Below are positions 25,481 through 38,820 of a DNA stretch of 64,000 nt, in pieces. The notes under the pieces were generated by a model. It searched no databases. It saw nothing but the letters and a program-made list of their open reading frames with translations, and was not told the origin of the DNA. Numbering within the stretch: the stretch's first letter is position 1; every line of letters begins with the position of its first letter. A program made the translations under genes and the position numbers. Origin of the DNA: Octopus sinensis (lineage: Eukaryota); contig NC_043006.1 in assembly GCF_006345805.1 (NCBI RefSeq), positions 87,606,001 to 87,670,000 on the forward strand, read 5' to 3'.

Positions 25481-26580
25481 CTACATATATATATATATAC
25501 ACACACACATACACCTACACACATATACATACGTATGCACACATACACACACACACATATATATATATATATACACACATACGTATATGTGGTGTGTCTA
25601 TTGGTCATTACTATGTCATTGGCAGTTTGCTAAGAAGCTGCATTCTTAGTCAAGTATGAACACACAATAATGTTATTCTAATAATTATTATTTCAAGCAG
25701 TTTATATACTGCATACGTAGAAAGTACATTTATATTATATTAAAAAACATTTGTGTGTGCATGTGTGTATGCCTGTGCATATACATATGCATGCCATATG
25801 ATATCTCAAAAATGAAGGAAAAGGTTATGAAACAGTGAAAAATTGAACTAAAAATTTATGCAATCAGATCTTATCGACAATATCGAAGCCTACCAAAAGG
25901 TAAAAAGGTTGTAGAGTGCACCAACATAATAGGGGGCACAATTTCACTTTGAAACCAATCAGCAGGAAGTATCCCCTGGGATAGAATGATGGGAAAATAG
26001 AAATGCTATACTTCGTTAATAATTCAGAACGTTTTTATCTCTAAAATAATCAGAGGAAAGTGCATGAAATAATTATTAAATTCATAGGAAAGCTGACAGA
26101 AATGTGGGCGGAGACTGACTTTCCATCTCTCTTGCTCTCTCTCTTTCCCTCTCTCTCATTTGACCCCTTTAATATAATGATTCATATACCTAGATCACAT
26201 GTAAATATACACAGATAAGATGAAAATCCAAGAAACCCCAGAAGGGCAGAAAAAGCAGCTAAAACAAGTACATTGCATGACAACTTGGACAAGGGTCTTT
26301 TATTATAGCCTTGGGTTGGCAAAAGACTTGTGAGTAGATTTCTATGAGGAAAACTAAAAGAAGACCATCTGTGTCTCTGTGGCTTTGAGTCTATGTTTGT
26401 CGTCTCAAGTGCTTGACAACCAGAGTTATAATACAGAGGCTTTATTTTTTGACAATTTAAACCAATCTGTGAAATCCAACACTTTGAGATGAATGAGCCA
26501 ATATATAATTATATATGCATATAGTACGTTTAAATATTTGTTGTGCAAGATTTTTTATGTGAAGTTGTGTGTTGAAACAG

Positions 26581-26930
26581 ATATTGTTATATTTCGGAAT
26601 GGTCATTTTGCCAGTTTAGCCAATAAAAACACACGCACTATATATTTGGTGTTACTTTGCTTCAGTGTTATTTATTTTTTACATTAATCTTAATCTTATT
26701 TCGGCCAGAGTTCTTTCGTCATGGTTAGTAAGGAGAGACACAAATAAGTAAGAAGAAAACAAAGGACCACTGATGCGGTCACAGGAGTATGACGAAAGAA
26801 CTCTGGGAGAAATAAGATTAAGATTAATGTAAAAAATAAATAACACTGAAGCAAAGTAACACCAAATATATAGTGCGTGTGTTTTTATTGGCTAAACTGG
26901 CAAAATGACCATTCCGAAATATAACAATAT
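26581..26930. repeat. Fold-back palindrome, 142-bp arms, 66-bp spacer, of an HHR-bearing repeat
   Basis: 26581-26722 is the reverse complement of 26789-26930 with 2 adjacent mismatches seen. Confidence 0.9.
26767..26806 (+). ncRNA. Degenerate minimal type I hammerhead-like motif
   Basis: CCA-CUGAUGC-G-GUCA(loop)UGAC-GAAA-G(AA)C-UC-UGG; A9 replaced by C, extra nucleotide before stem II. Confidence 0.45.
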
Positions 26931-28134
26931 ATGCATATAATTATATATATATATATATTAATATTATTACATATATATATGCATATCTATATATGTATAT
27001 ATATATAAATACAATTACATATATATATATACATATGTATATATGTATATATATACATATATAAATATAATTACATATTTATAAGCATATATATATAATT
27101 ATATGTATACATGTATCTATATATATATATATATATAAAGATAATTACATATATATATGCATATATATATATAATTATATGTATACATGTATGTATATAT
27201 TTATAAATATAATTACATATATATATAATAATATGTATACACGTATGTATCGTCATCATCATCATCATCGTCGTTTAACGTCCGTTCTCCATGCTAGCAT
27301 GGGTTCGACGGTTCGACCGGGGTTCTGGGAAGCCAGAAGGCTGCACCAGGCTCCAGTCTAATTTGGCAATGTTTCTACAGCTGGATGCCCTTCCTAACGC
27401 CAATTATATATATATAATTATTTGTATACTTGTATGTATATAAACATAAATATAATTATACATATATATATATATATATATAATTATATATATATATAAA
27501 TATTTCGTTTTGGGATTTGGTTTGCAAGATTCTTTATATGAGTTCGTGTGTTGAAGCATATTCTATTGTATCTGGGGAGAGTCATTTTCTTTTTGTGCCT
27601 AATTGTGTAAGACATTCACTGCTAAAATTTCCACTTTTTTATTTTTATTGTCCTAAAATTTTCATTGCATCTTGCAAACTTTTCAATAGTGTCTGTTATT
27701 TACACACCATTCCCTTTTGTTTGTTTTTGCGCATGTGTGTGGGTCATTGTACGTATGTGTGTGTTTGCATATGTATGTATATATGTGTGTGTATGCATAT
27801 GTATATATGTATGTTTGTGTGTGCATCTGAATGTACATATCTTGCATATTTATGTGCTAGCATATAATTCATCATCATCATCATCATTGTTTAACATCCG
27901 TTTTCCATGCTAATATATATATATATAATTATTTATATATATATATAATTATATATATATAATTATATGTATACATGTATGTATATAAACATAAAAATAA
28001 TTATACATATATATATATATATAAAATTATTTTTATTTATATATGTATATATATTTATATATATATATATGCATAATTACATTTATGTTTATATACATAC
28101 ATGTATACATATGATTATATATATAAATAATTAC

Positions 28135-28169
<35 letters not shown>

Positions 28170-28334
28170 TTAGCATGGAAAACAGACGTTAAATGATGAT
28201 GATGATCAATTATATATACATAAATATGATTACATATATATCTAAATATAAATATATATAAATATGATTACATATATATAAATATATATATGATTACATA
28301 TATATATATATACATATATAAATAAATATAATTA

Positions 28335-28384
<50 letters not shown>
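26931..28384. repeat. Complex TA-rich low-complexity tract with embedded repeat fragments
   Basis: (TA)n-derived tracts 26931-27250, 27403-27500, 27913-28384, with an RTE-UTR copy at 27252-27402. Confidence 0.85.
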
Positions 28385-28387
<3 letters not shown>

Positions 28388-28420
28388 GGAGTTAACTGCA
28401 GGTGTTATTCAAATTCTTTT

Positions 28421-28510
28421 ACTTCTGACACATGTTTCGAAGATATCATTGGTATTAATCCAAAGGAATAAAATGGTGTAAAACAATGTAATCTTCTCTT
28501 CATGGAAATG
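28421..28510 (-). ncRNA. Degenerate hammerhead-like motif antisense to the adjacent PLE RT
   Basis: Minus: CAUUUCC-AUGAAGA-GAAGAU(long loop)AUCUUC-GAAAC-AUGU-GUC-AGAAGU; C3 replaced by A. Confidence 0.4.
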
Positions 28511-28859
28511 AAGAAATAAAACCTGTCAAGAAGACATTTTAACAGAATATGATGGATATGTAAAGTGATCCCCTGAACGCTATTAAGTTTTTTCTAAAAA
28601 ACGTTAGAGGACATAACGTCAAAGATAGCCTATAGAAAGAGGAGGGGTAAAGGAAAGAAAAAATCAGAAACCAAATAAATAAGAAATATAGAATGATATG
28701 CAAATTAAATAAAATCCTAAAGTCTTGGAACAAGATCTATCTAGTGAAAGTGAAATGTAAGAAGAATTGATAATAGATTATTAGTTAGAATTCTTTGAAA
28801 AATTCCTAATAATAGCTTCCCAAAATTGCAAAGGAAGATTAGATTTAATTTGCCTCTCA

Positions 28860-29417
28860 TAAGGATTACCGATAAAAGTGTACTCAAGAAAGCCAACCTT
28901 GAGGCTAAGAAAATTATGGAGAGGTAAAACTTACAGATGAAGACAGAACCACTTGATCCTAAGCAACCTCGCTTTATTTTGAAAGATCATAACCAAAATA
29001 TTTTTAATAACCCATCCTTAAGACTTATCTTTCCTTCTATCTCTGACATTGGTGTACTTCGTAAAAGTATTCTAGATAAATACATTCCTACCTTAATTAA
29101 AAAATTAAAGCTTACTTTATGGTCCAATTCATTCCAAGTCATCGACTGGTTTAGTTCTGTTACTAATAAGAGGAGCACTAAGCTTATACAGTTTGACATT
29201 TCTAGTTTTTATTCCTCCATCAACCCAATAGTACTTAATAAGGCACTTTGGGTTGCTCATAACAATGCTGGTCTCACCAGGGAAGAAATTAATGTTGTGT
29301 TGGCCGCCAGAATATCTATCATAAAGTTTGACAATAAGATGTGGATCCATAAAGACACACCCGGTAGTTTTGATGTTACAATGGGAAGTTCTGATTCAGC
29401 ACAAGTAGCTGATTTAG

Positions 29418-29422
<5 letters not shown>
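28860..29422 (+). mobile_element. Penelope-like element reverse transcriptase fragment
   Basis: ORF 28937-29467: FILKDH...NNPSLRLIFP, QFDISSFYSSI, FDVTMGSSDSAQVADLV, typical of PLE RT; truncated by (TA)n before the YxDD motif. Confidence 0.8.
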
Positions 29423-29464
<42 letters not shown>

Positions 29465-29690
29465 TGAAATGGCAAAACAGTTCCCAACCATCAATGGAGG
29501 TCAGGTTGGAGATGGGAAGTATGGCTTCCCTTTGCAAATACTGAAAGTGTGTCAATAGCCAGCTGGAGGAGGTGTCTTCTTGGGACTACAAGCTACCGTA
29601 GCATTCACACCCTTAACTAACTGATCTCGAAAAAGTGTAAACAAGCAATAATAAATCTCTGAGTGACGTATAAACAGTAGCTGCATGACA

Positions 29691-29912
29691 TCGTGAAGTA
29701 TATTTGCCACTGTAATGTGGCTGATGACAGGTCAATACCCAGAAACTCCGGTCCGTGTGTATCATATCAGTTTGGAGATGGGAAGGATGGCTTCCCTTTG
29801 TAAATACTGATAGGGCACAGAATGTGTGTCAATAACCAGCTGGAGGAGGTGTTTTCTTGGGGCTACAAACTACAGAGGCATCCACCCTGAAGTGGCAAAA
29901 TATACTTCACGA
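29691..29912. mobile_element. Putative MITE with ~21-bp TIRs
   Basis: TCGTGAAGTATATTTGCCACT (29691-29711) vs AGTGGCAAAATATACTTCACGA (29891-29912); internal part also duplicated at ~29526-29613. Confidence 0.45.
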
Positions 29913-30043
29913 CATATATATAGATATACATACATGCAATATGCAGTAGATTTTGAAAAAATTAGGATGTATAAACAAGAGGCACACAGTTGATTGCCTT
30001 GTGTTTTTTTATATATTTAATCTAAGGTGCACCTGTTGAAGAA

Positions 30044-30313
30044 GATTTCACCTAGCGAATATTATTTATTTGCTATACTAAAATCAGAAACCAATTGGTC
30101 CAGGAACCCAGATGGTAAAAGTTTTTATTTTTTCATATCGTTCCTGTCGAATTTTATCCCTAATTTTGTGGTAATCCACGAGTGGATTCCTTATGTGTTT
30201 AAATGTACACTGTATTTTATGGGTAATACATAGTCTTTGGACTAAATTTTTACACACTAGGCAACTGGAAGTGAAAATTTCTATTAATTTCCATTTCCCT
30301 TCGATATGATTAA

Positions 30314-30351
<38 letters not shown>

Positions 30352-30734
30352 TCATCATCATCATCACTGTTTAACATCCGCTTTCCATACTGGCATGGTT
30401 TGTACCTTTTGACTGAGGGCTGGCAAGCCAGAAGGCTCCACCAGGCTCCAGTCCGATCTGGCAATGTTTCTACTGCTGGATGCCCTTCCTAATGCCAACC
30501 ACTTCGAGAATATAGTGAGTGGTTTTTACTTGCCACTGGCACAAGGGCCAGTCAGATAGTACTGGCATTGGCCATGCTTGAATGTTGCTTTTTACATGCC
30601 ACCTGCATGGGAACCACTCAGTCAGCACTGGCAATATATATACATATATATATATATATAAATTAGAATCAAATGTGAGATGGCAAAGGCATAACAGATT
30701 GTCTTATGAACTTTGTTAGTTTACATCTGTTTCT
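30044..30734. repeat. Direct duplication, copy 1 (contains RTE-UTR repeat 30348-30634)
   Basis: Matches 31653-32355 nearly base for base. Confidence 0.92.
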
Positions 30735-31652
30735 GCTATAGGATGCAATTTTCTCATAGCTAAGTGACTGAATAACACCTTGTAGCTTTATCAGAGCCTT
30801 GATATCTAAGAAATATGATGAGATGATTGCTGAGAGTGTATTTCCATACTCATCATGAGTGTCCAGGCTCAGAAAAAAAAATAGAATGTACAGCTATAAT
30901 CATCTTCATAAACACTGCTTTAATATTCATTTAAGCAGAACACTGAGGTTACATCACTTGTTTGAGAATTCCTTTTACCTTTCCTCCAACCAGTGTTTGA
31001 GTCCATGCAATCAGTTTCTCATTAGGCATTGTTCCTCATTACAAAATGCACAAATCAGGTGACCCTGCACGATTTTTCCTTTTCAGTCTTAGTTCATCTG
31101 TAAGGTTTACTATTCTCATATCTAGCCTAATTATTTTCTGTCCATTGCAAAGTATCACTCAACATCTTGTTTTAATTTCCTTTAAATGTCTCACCTAAGT
31201 ACACAGGCCAATGATTTTGAAATGCAGTTTACTTTCCCAATCTTTTTGCACTCAAATTTTCTCTCAAGTAAATACAGCATATTCCATGTGATATATTCAA
31301 CTCTCATTCCTTCCAACCATACAATATTACACATGTTACATACCCTCTCAAATAGATTTCCAACAAAGATAGCATTTGTCTGAACCTTTTCTCATGCCCC
31401 CGAGCCCTTAGCATTATGCTTATGATACATCTACTTCCAGCACATATTATACCACCTATTTAGCAGAACACATCAATAATTTTTTCCTTCAACTTCCTTA
31501 CAAAGAATTCACCAAACATTGCAAGGATTAACCCTGGAGGAATCAAATTTCAAAGGAACTCTATGGCATTTCAACAAATCCATCTCTTTTACTCTTTTAC
31601 TCTTTTACTTGTTTCAGCCATCCGGCTGAGGCCATGCTGGGGCACCGCCCTT

Positions 31653-31924
31653 GATTTCACCTAGCGAATATTATTTATTTGCTATACTAAAATCAGAAAC
31701 CAATTGGTCCAGGAACCCAGATGGTAAAAGTTTTTATTTTTTCATATCGTTCCTGTCGAATTTTATCCCTAATTTTGTGGTAATCCACGAGTGGATTCCT
31801 TATGTGTTTAAATGTACACTGTATTTTATGGGTAATACATAGTCTTTGGACTAATTTTTACACACTAGGCAACTGGAAGTGAAAATTTCTATTAATTTCC
31901 ATTTCCCTTCGATATGATTAAGTG

Positions 31925-31962
<38 letters not shown>

Positions 31963-32355
31963 ATATATATCATCATCATCATCATCACTGTTTAACATCC
32001 GCTTTCCATACTGGCATGGTTTGTACCTTTTGACTGAGGGCTGGCAAGCCAGAAGGCTCCACCAGGCTCCAGTCCGATCTGGCAATGTTTCTACTGCTGG
32101 ATGCCCTTCCTAATGCCAACCACTTCGAGAATATAGTGAGTGGTTTTTACTTGCCACTGGCACAAGGGCCAGTCAGATAGTACTGGCATTGGCCATGCTT
32201 GAATGTTGCTTTTTACATGCCACCTGCATGGGAACCACTCAGTCAGCACTGGCAATATATATACATATATATATATATATAAATTAGAATCAAATGTGAG
32301 ATGGCAAAGGCATAACAGATTGTCTTATGAACTTTGTTAGTTTACATCTGTTTCT
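31653..32355. repeat. Direct duplication, copy 2
   Basis: By eye differs from copy 1 by a 1-nt indel and the TA-tract length; preceded by a reverse SINE tail at 31586-31650. Confidence 0.92.
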
Positions 32356-33339
32356 ATAAAAAAATGAAATATCTTTTAGTATCCAAAAGATACTTTTGGT
32401 AAGACTGTGGAAAGAATCATTTATGAAGATATAGATATTAAATGGGAAGTGAGAAGTTCATGGTTTTTCAGAAAAACAATTTCATGTTAGTGAAGGAATC
32501 CCAACATACAAATAAAACTATATCATGGATATTTTAGTCCAAAATGGTTGGTTTTTTTTTTTTTTTTTGCTTTTTTAAACTGTCTTACTATTTTGGTCCT
32601 CCTTGGGTCACAGAATTGATTCTTCATTGATAAAGAAAAAATAATCTCCATATCTATTATGGATAAGAATTGAGTGTTTAAAATAGTCTGCCTTTCACAG
32701 GGGATTCAGATATATCAACACATAAAGTAATATGGGAATCAAAACCACATTTTGATCATAGCTAGCTAGGAGTTTATACTCTGCACTAGAGCAACTTGAC
32801 AATGCTTCTGAATTACTCTCTATTCTTCTACATGCATGAGTAACACACAGACAAATGCACACACACGCACACACCTTAATCTATACACAAATATGAACTT
32901 ACTAAAGGAATAACTTACAAATAGAAGATAAAAATGAAGTCTCTTAAAATTAGATGTTTATCATTAGAAAAAGGATTCTAAAAACACAAGAGAATTTGGG
33001 AAAGAAAACAATTGGATAAGATATAATACTACAACCTTCTAAGAGAATTTTTTCCCATGATGCATGATAATGGCATCACAAACTAGCACCAGAAATTGTT
33101 TGTTTTCCCCTTAGTCTTCGGCTTCATTAAATGGCTCCAAAGTTGATACTTGCACTCCTTTTACAGGCTACATATAAAATTATCTTACTATATAGAAATA
33201 TAAGTGGATAATTTTAATGGTTTCTGTAAATGGCATCTGTAGAGTATGATAGAGGGGCTACAAGAAACAGAAAATCAGATAGTCAGACAGACTGATAAAC
33301 ATATAGCCAGATAGTCTGAAAGGCAGATGGCCAGATAGC

Positions 33340-33600
33340 TTCATAGACAAGTAGCTAGTTGATTTGGTCAACAGGTACGCCAGTCACTCTGGTCAACAGG
33401 TGGCTACTCACTGGTCAACCGGTGGCCAGTTGATCTGGTCCACAGGTGGCCATTCGATCTGGTCAACATGTGGCCATTCAATCAGGTCGACTGGTGGCCA
33501 ATCAGTTTGGCCAACTGGTGCCCAGTCAATCTGATAGCTGGGTAGCCAATCGATCTGATAGATAGGTAGCCACTTGATTTGATTTGCAAGTAGCCAGTCA
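33340..33600. repeat. Degenerate 24-bp GC-rich minisatellite, ~10 units
   Basis: Consensus ~GGTCAACAGGTGGCCAGTCGATCT. Confidence 0.75.
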
Positions 33601-35431
33601 ATTTTATAAACAAATACTCTCTATTTGAGTGTCTAACTAAGAGAGAAATAAATGGGAAAAACAATGGAAGAGATTGAGATATAAATGATAGGAAGATCAT
33701 TAACTTAGATGTAGAGACATATTGAGAGAGAAGGATAGATAAAGTTTAAAATATACATCAATAAAATGATACCTGTGAAATCAAAGATAATGCAGCTTCA
33801 TGTATGATATTTTGTGTCCTAATGTCTGAATATGAAAACACACACTTTAACTTAAATATTCTGCCAATGCATTACTGTCGTTAATTATCAGTGTTTAAGG
33901 AACATACTCCAAATAACAGAAAACAGCATCAGTAAATAATAGAATATCGTATTTTCACTTATATTAACAATGTAAATAATGATCTTGAAACAGTCATTCA
34001 TTTCTAACACACCATCTTTGGAAATACCCAAATAGGAAATAAACAATGTTATTCAGTTGCCATGAGCATTAATGCTAGAACTTAACATTTATGCTTTTTT
34101 TTTTTTACTTAAATTTTAGCTAGTTTGGGCACTGATTTATTCTCACCACCATCACCATCGTCATCATCATTATCATTTTAAGTCTATTTTCCAATCTGGC
34201 ATGAGTTAAATTATCACAACTTATGCCATTTTCTGTTTTGGATTACTGCACTTCTAGCTGGATTAGGGAACCACATCTTGCTTGTACATTCTGTTTATGC
34301 CAAGATGGCCTTACTAATGCCAACCACTTTCCAGAGTATACTATGTGTATTTATACTGACACCCTCACTTGAGAGGTTGTCATGTCTATGACCAAATTAA
34401 ATGAGTCCTCTTGACACTGTGTTGTCACCATTCATTTGCCAACCATTTTACAGAGTGTACCAGGTGTGTGTATAAAGTGGAAAAACAGAGTAGGAAATCA
34501 TAATGGAAAAGAGAGTGTGATGGTAGGCTATAATAAAAGGGAGATGGAAGCAACAGCTACATGCTTGTAAGTGTAGGAAAGAGAACAAGTGGTAGACAGT
34601 AATAGAGATTGGAACTGATAATAAAAGTGAATGGTTACAACGAGTGACCTGAAAGTGGTTGGCATTACAGAAAGGGTAATGGACTGATCTGATGCATCCC
34701 TCAAACACAGACATCTTGATGGAAGAGAGAAGTACTGTGATAAGAACAGCATTATATAAATGTTGCATATTATTCTCCTCCCTTTTATTCCTCTTATCAT
34801 CATTATTATCAGCTTGGACTGGTTGTGTGATCAAGTTAATATACATAGACAATACTATGGTGGCATTAGTTGTGTAATTTTAGAAAATAAGTAACAGGTT
34901 TTAACAGAGATAAATATGATTCAGGTTTGAAATGTTGAAATGAGTAAATAACTAAGTGGATCAGAGCATCAAAATTAGATATAGGGACAAAAATTTTCTA
35001 GTTAGTAAATCCATGACAGACTAGTATTTCACACATAGTTAAGTTAGAGTTAACACACTTGATGTAAGAAATTTTCATAAAAGTTGCATCTGTAGCTAGG
35101 AGCAAAACAACAAACATTAGTTTAAAGATTAATTTTGATACATTAACAATAATTGATAACTAATTAAAAAGTATATAAATTGATTAATTAAATTAATTAA
35201 AAAATGATGATGGCATTGTGGGGGAGAGTGAACCTGATCATTGTTTGGAACAACTCTGAACATGTTTCCACCTTCTGAAATCATCTCAACAAAGGTTACC
35301 AGTATTGCTACATACAGAAAATGGTTCAGTAGACAAACAACAATAGGCATCACAGAAGAATAACTGGCTGTGAAAGATAGCCAGGGAGGCTTTGTTTTTA
35401 AAACCAAATAGTCAAGTCACTGTAAACTTAT

Positions 35432-35645
35432 TCAGTGACCGCGTGTGTACCGTTGGCGATTTTTTTTCCTCTCTCTTCCCTTCTCTGGATCTTTCCTTCT
35501 CCCATGTTTCCAACGAAGAGCTCCGCTCGAAACGTTAAACTCTCCTTCTTTCCTTCTTTCCTGAGTGTCCAATAATACAATATTTGTTCCACGTCCTCGC
35601 ATTGTTGTGTTTTTTTGTGCTTTCTTGTTTGGATTAACTTTATAT
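35432..35645 (+). mobile_element. PLE-pLTR-like fragment with degenerate HHR motif (35506-35540)
   Basis: GUUU-CCAACGA-A-GAGC(UCC)GCUC-GAAACGUU-AAAC. Confidence 0.45.
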
Positions 35646-36749
35646 TTTAAATAGTTACTTAATGACTTGGTGAATAAAACAATCTCCAGCTTTGTAAACC
35701 ACACATAATATTACATTTAAATTAAGTGAGAATACATTGAAATTTTTTTTTGTGTACCTTTGACCCAAACCCAATATTATCACTAACCCTATCCACTATA
35801 CTAGGTTTCTGCTAAACAGTCCACAGCTTCCAATCCTTAGCTTTCTGCACTGCTTATTACAGTGAGACACAATATTGATTTGTCATCAGGAATCTGATAT
35901 CTCCTAGCTCTGTTTGCTAAGTAACTATCAAACATTTACTTTCTCTATGTATGGCTATTTTGTTAAAACTAAGGTTTTTACTTCTTTTTTTTTTTTGACT
36001 TTTTTTTGGTAGTGGGGAATTCTTCTATAATACAAAATAAGCAGATCCACACATCACTTTAATGCCCTTTTAACACAGTTCCTAATGTACACATTTCAAA
36101 TTTGTTTTATAACTTCTAGATCGATTAAATAAACAAAATTATGTTACCTATATACTGATGTATCTAAAATGGAGCTTCTAATTGCTTTATAAACCAAGAG
36201 GAAGAGGAAACAAACAAAATAACCTAAGAACTTAGGAATTAGTGATCAATAACAGCTGTGATTTTCAATGTTCTTTGATCCATGCCTCACTGGATAAAAG
36301 ATTATAACACACCAACAGCTTTCAAAAAAGTTTTATTGTATACAAGTTATAAAATTGTTTTAAAACAGATATGAGTACAGCTTTACATTTTTTTCTGAAA
36401 TAGAATATGCATGCATTGGTGCAGTGCATTAAAACCACTTGAGTCTCCTAAATATTGTAACCTTTTTTGATTCACCTCGAAAATTCCTAGAAGACTAATC
36501 AACCCTGCTTAACAGAGCAGTGTGCCAAGGTACAGAATTTGAAATTTCTGACTGTCACTACATTTAGTCTTCATTCATTCTCTCAATCTAGACATGGCAA
36601 TGTGGTTAAGAAGTTTGTTTCATAATCAAGTTATTCCAAGTTCAATCCAATACACAGCTTCTTAGATTGACCAATGTCTTGTGAGTGGAATTTCATAGAT
36701 AGTGAGTAGAGGCCCATTGTGTATGTATATGTCTGTATTTTCACCAATA

Positions 36750-36968
36750 TATGAAGGGATGCTGAAACGTTTTTGGCTTTAGGTAAAAGAATATACAGGA
36801 GGATCAGTTAATTATGATTTTATTCAACATATTCCCCTTTCAGATTCACACACTTATTATAACAGTCCTTCAGTTTTTCTGGGCCCTGTAAAAGAACTTA
36901 GAAGTTTGGACCCCCTACTAGGCCTTTTGTGATATTGTTAGAGCCAGGAACTTTTAGCACCCACTGTA
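36750..36968 (-). mobile_element. Mariner deletion derivative / MITE
   Basis: TA-flanked imperfect TIRs (TGAAGGGATGCTGAAACGTTTTTGGCTTT / AGAGCCAGGAACTTTTAGCACCCACTG); minus strand encodes a mariner-like C-terminus EKLKDCYNKCVNLKGEYVE*. Confidence 0.7.
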
Positions 36969-38299
36969 CGCTGGTGAAAGATATAGGTATTGGTGAAAAA
37001 AAAATCTCTGGGGCTTTGTGAAGTCATTTGCCATAATTGCTCCACATTGTGCTATAGATACTCCAATCTTTCTTGCTATCAGAAATGCAGCGAACTAGAG
37101 ATTAACTGCCTGATAACCTGTATCCAACATCAATATTTATCACCAACTGCGATATAAAATAATGACTCATAGAAACTATTAACTGACAGCCAACATTTTT
37201 ATTATTATCATTGACAAGTCTTCAGAACATTAATCTCTGTCAAAACGAGAGTTAACATTGTTTGAAACAATACATTTACAACTGACTCATGTATTTTTAG
37301 ATACAGATTCTGGAGTAAACATGCCACCCTACCAACATTGTATACAACCCACTTTTATTTTGTAGATTATCTATGATTCTGTCAGGTTCTTTATTTGATC
37401 CAGTTATCCAAATTCCAACTAATTAATGCCTCTGATGAATTGCAGTTGCTCTTAATGTCTTAGATTGACCAATGTCTTGTGACATAGTAATGACAATTAT
37501 TGAAACATTTTCCTTTCATCACTGAAAGTTTGTGATTAGTGATACAGTAAATATTCAAAGAAGTTTCTACTATATCAGCTACTCTCACTGAATTTCCTGA
37601 AAATGGCTCTAAATTAATGGTCTTACTCATTTTGCTCATTATCAGTGTAAACTCCACAACAGGTCCTAGTGTATTCACTGGTAAGCTTTCCATGTGTCAA
37701 TCAGATTTTATTCTGCAAATATGTCATAAAGTGACTTCCAAGTTTTCTACCTTCTTATTATTACTTAAAACAAGAACTTAAATATCATTTTCTATATGTA
37801 CCCTCAATCATTCATATTTGTCAGAGTGGTAAAGTTTTCTAATAATAAGGACATACTTAAAACAAAAATACAAAAATTCACCCTCTTTCTGTTGTATAGA
37901 GAGTTATAATTGTCTTAATCAATCCACTAATTTCTGATTGAAACAGTTTTTTTCTTGATCAACCAGATCACAAATGGTGTGGTTAAATTAATTTATTGTT
38001 TGCTTTTTAAAAGCTTTGTAGATAGATAAGCATTACTAACAACTGTTGTATATATATTTTTGTGTGTTGTTAAGTGTATGAAAACAAAATCTCAGCATCA
38101 CAGAAGAATTGAAGAATACAGGACTCAAAGGGGCAAATAGAAGGATTTTGATTGGGGAACAAGACCAAAGCTTTCCCATCAGAAACTATTACCCCGGCAT
38201 ATCATGGAAGGAAAATATGAAACTCAACTGTACAATATGAGCAAACTATGAAAAAATATTAATCTCTCTGATTCTGGCATCCCAGTCTTAATTAATGAT

Positions 38300-38820
38300 A
38301 TGAAGAATTGAAAGGAAACTATGTCAGTATTATGGAATACACATTGAAAATAGCTGGCAAAGAAGTTCAGAGAATAACAAAGTCAGCATCTTTTGAGACA
38401 TACCAATTCAGAGGGAAAATTTATTACTCACTGTCCAAATATTGTTGATAAAGACTATCAGGAAAAGAAAAGTCTAATCAAGGTATCATTTCCAACAGAT
38501 AATATTTATTATAGAACAATAGAGAAATATTCCAATATAAATATCTGGAAATAAAGATAACCAGAATGTATGGAGTGAAAACAAAAACAATCTTCATAAT
38601 ACTATGTGCCTTCGAGAAATATTCCAGTCTAAAGATCTGGAAATAGATATTGCTGGAATATATGGAGTGAAAACAAAAACAATCTTAATAATAGTATGTG
38701 TCTGAACAATAATTAAAAAAAGATGGGACAAATATTTAGCAGAAATCCTAGGACTTAGATTCAAAATACAGAATATAGCAATACTAGATACTACACAAAT
38801 TATGGAAAATACTGACAATA
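38300..38820 (+). mobile_element. R4/Dong-clade LINE 3' fragment, highly degenerate
   Basis: KDLEIDIAGIYGVKTKTILIIVC...QNIAILDTTQI resembles the REL C-terminus; internal tandem duplication ~38530-38690. Confidence 0.6.

Noticed and set aside
25951-26113. CCAAT, ETS and GC-box motifs suggesting a promoter
   Set aside because: Short motifs in AT-rich DNA that shares sequence with a nearby repeat-like segment (~25150-25190); no downstream gene.
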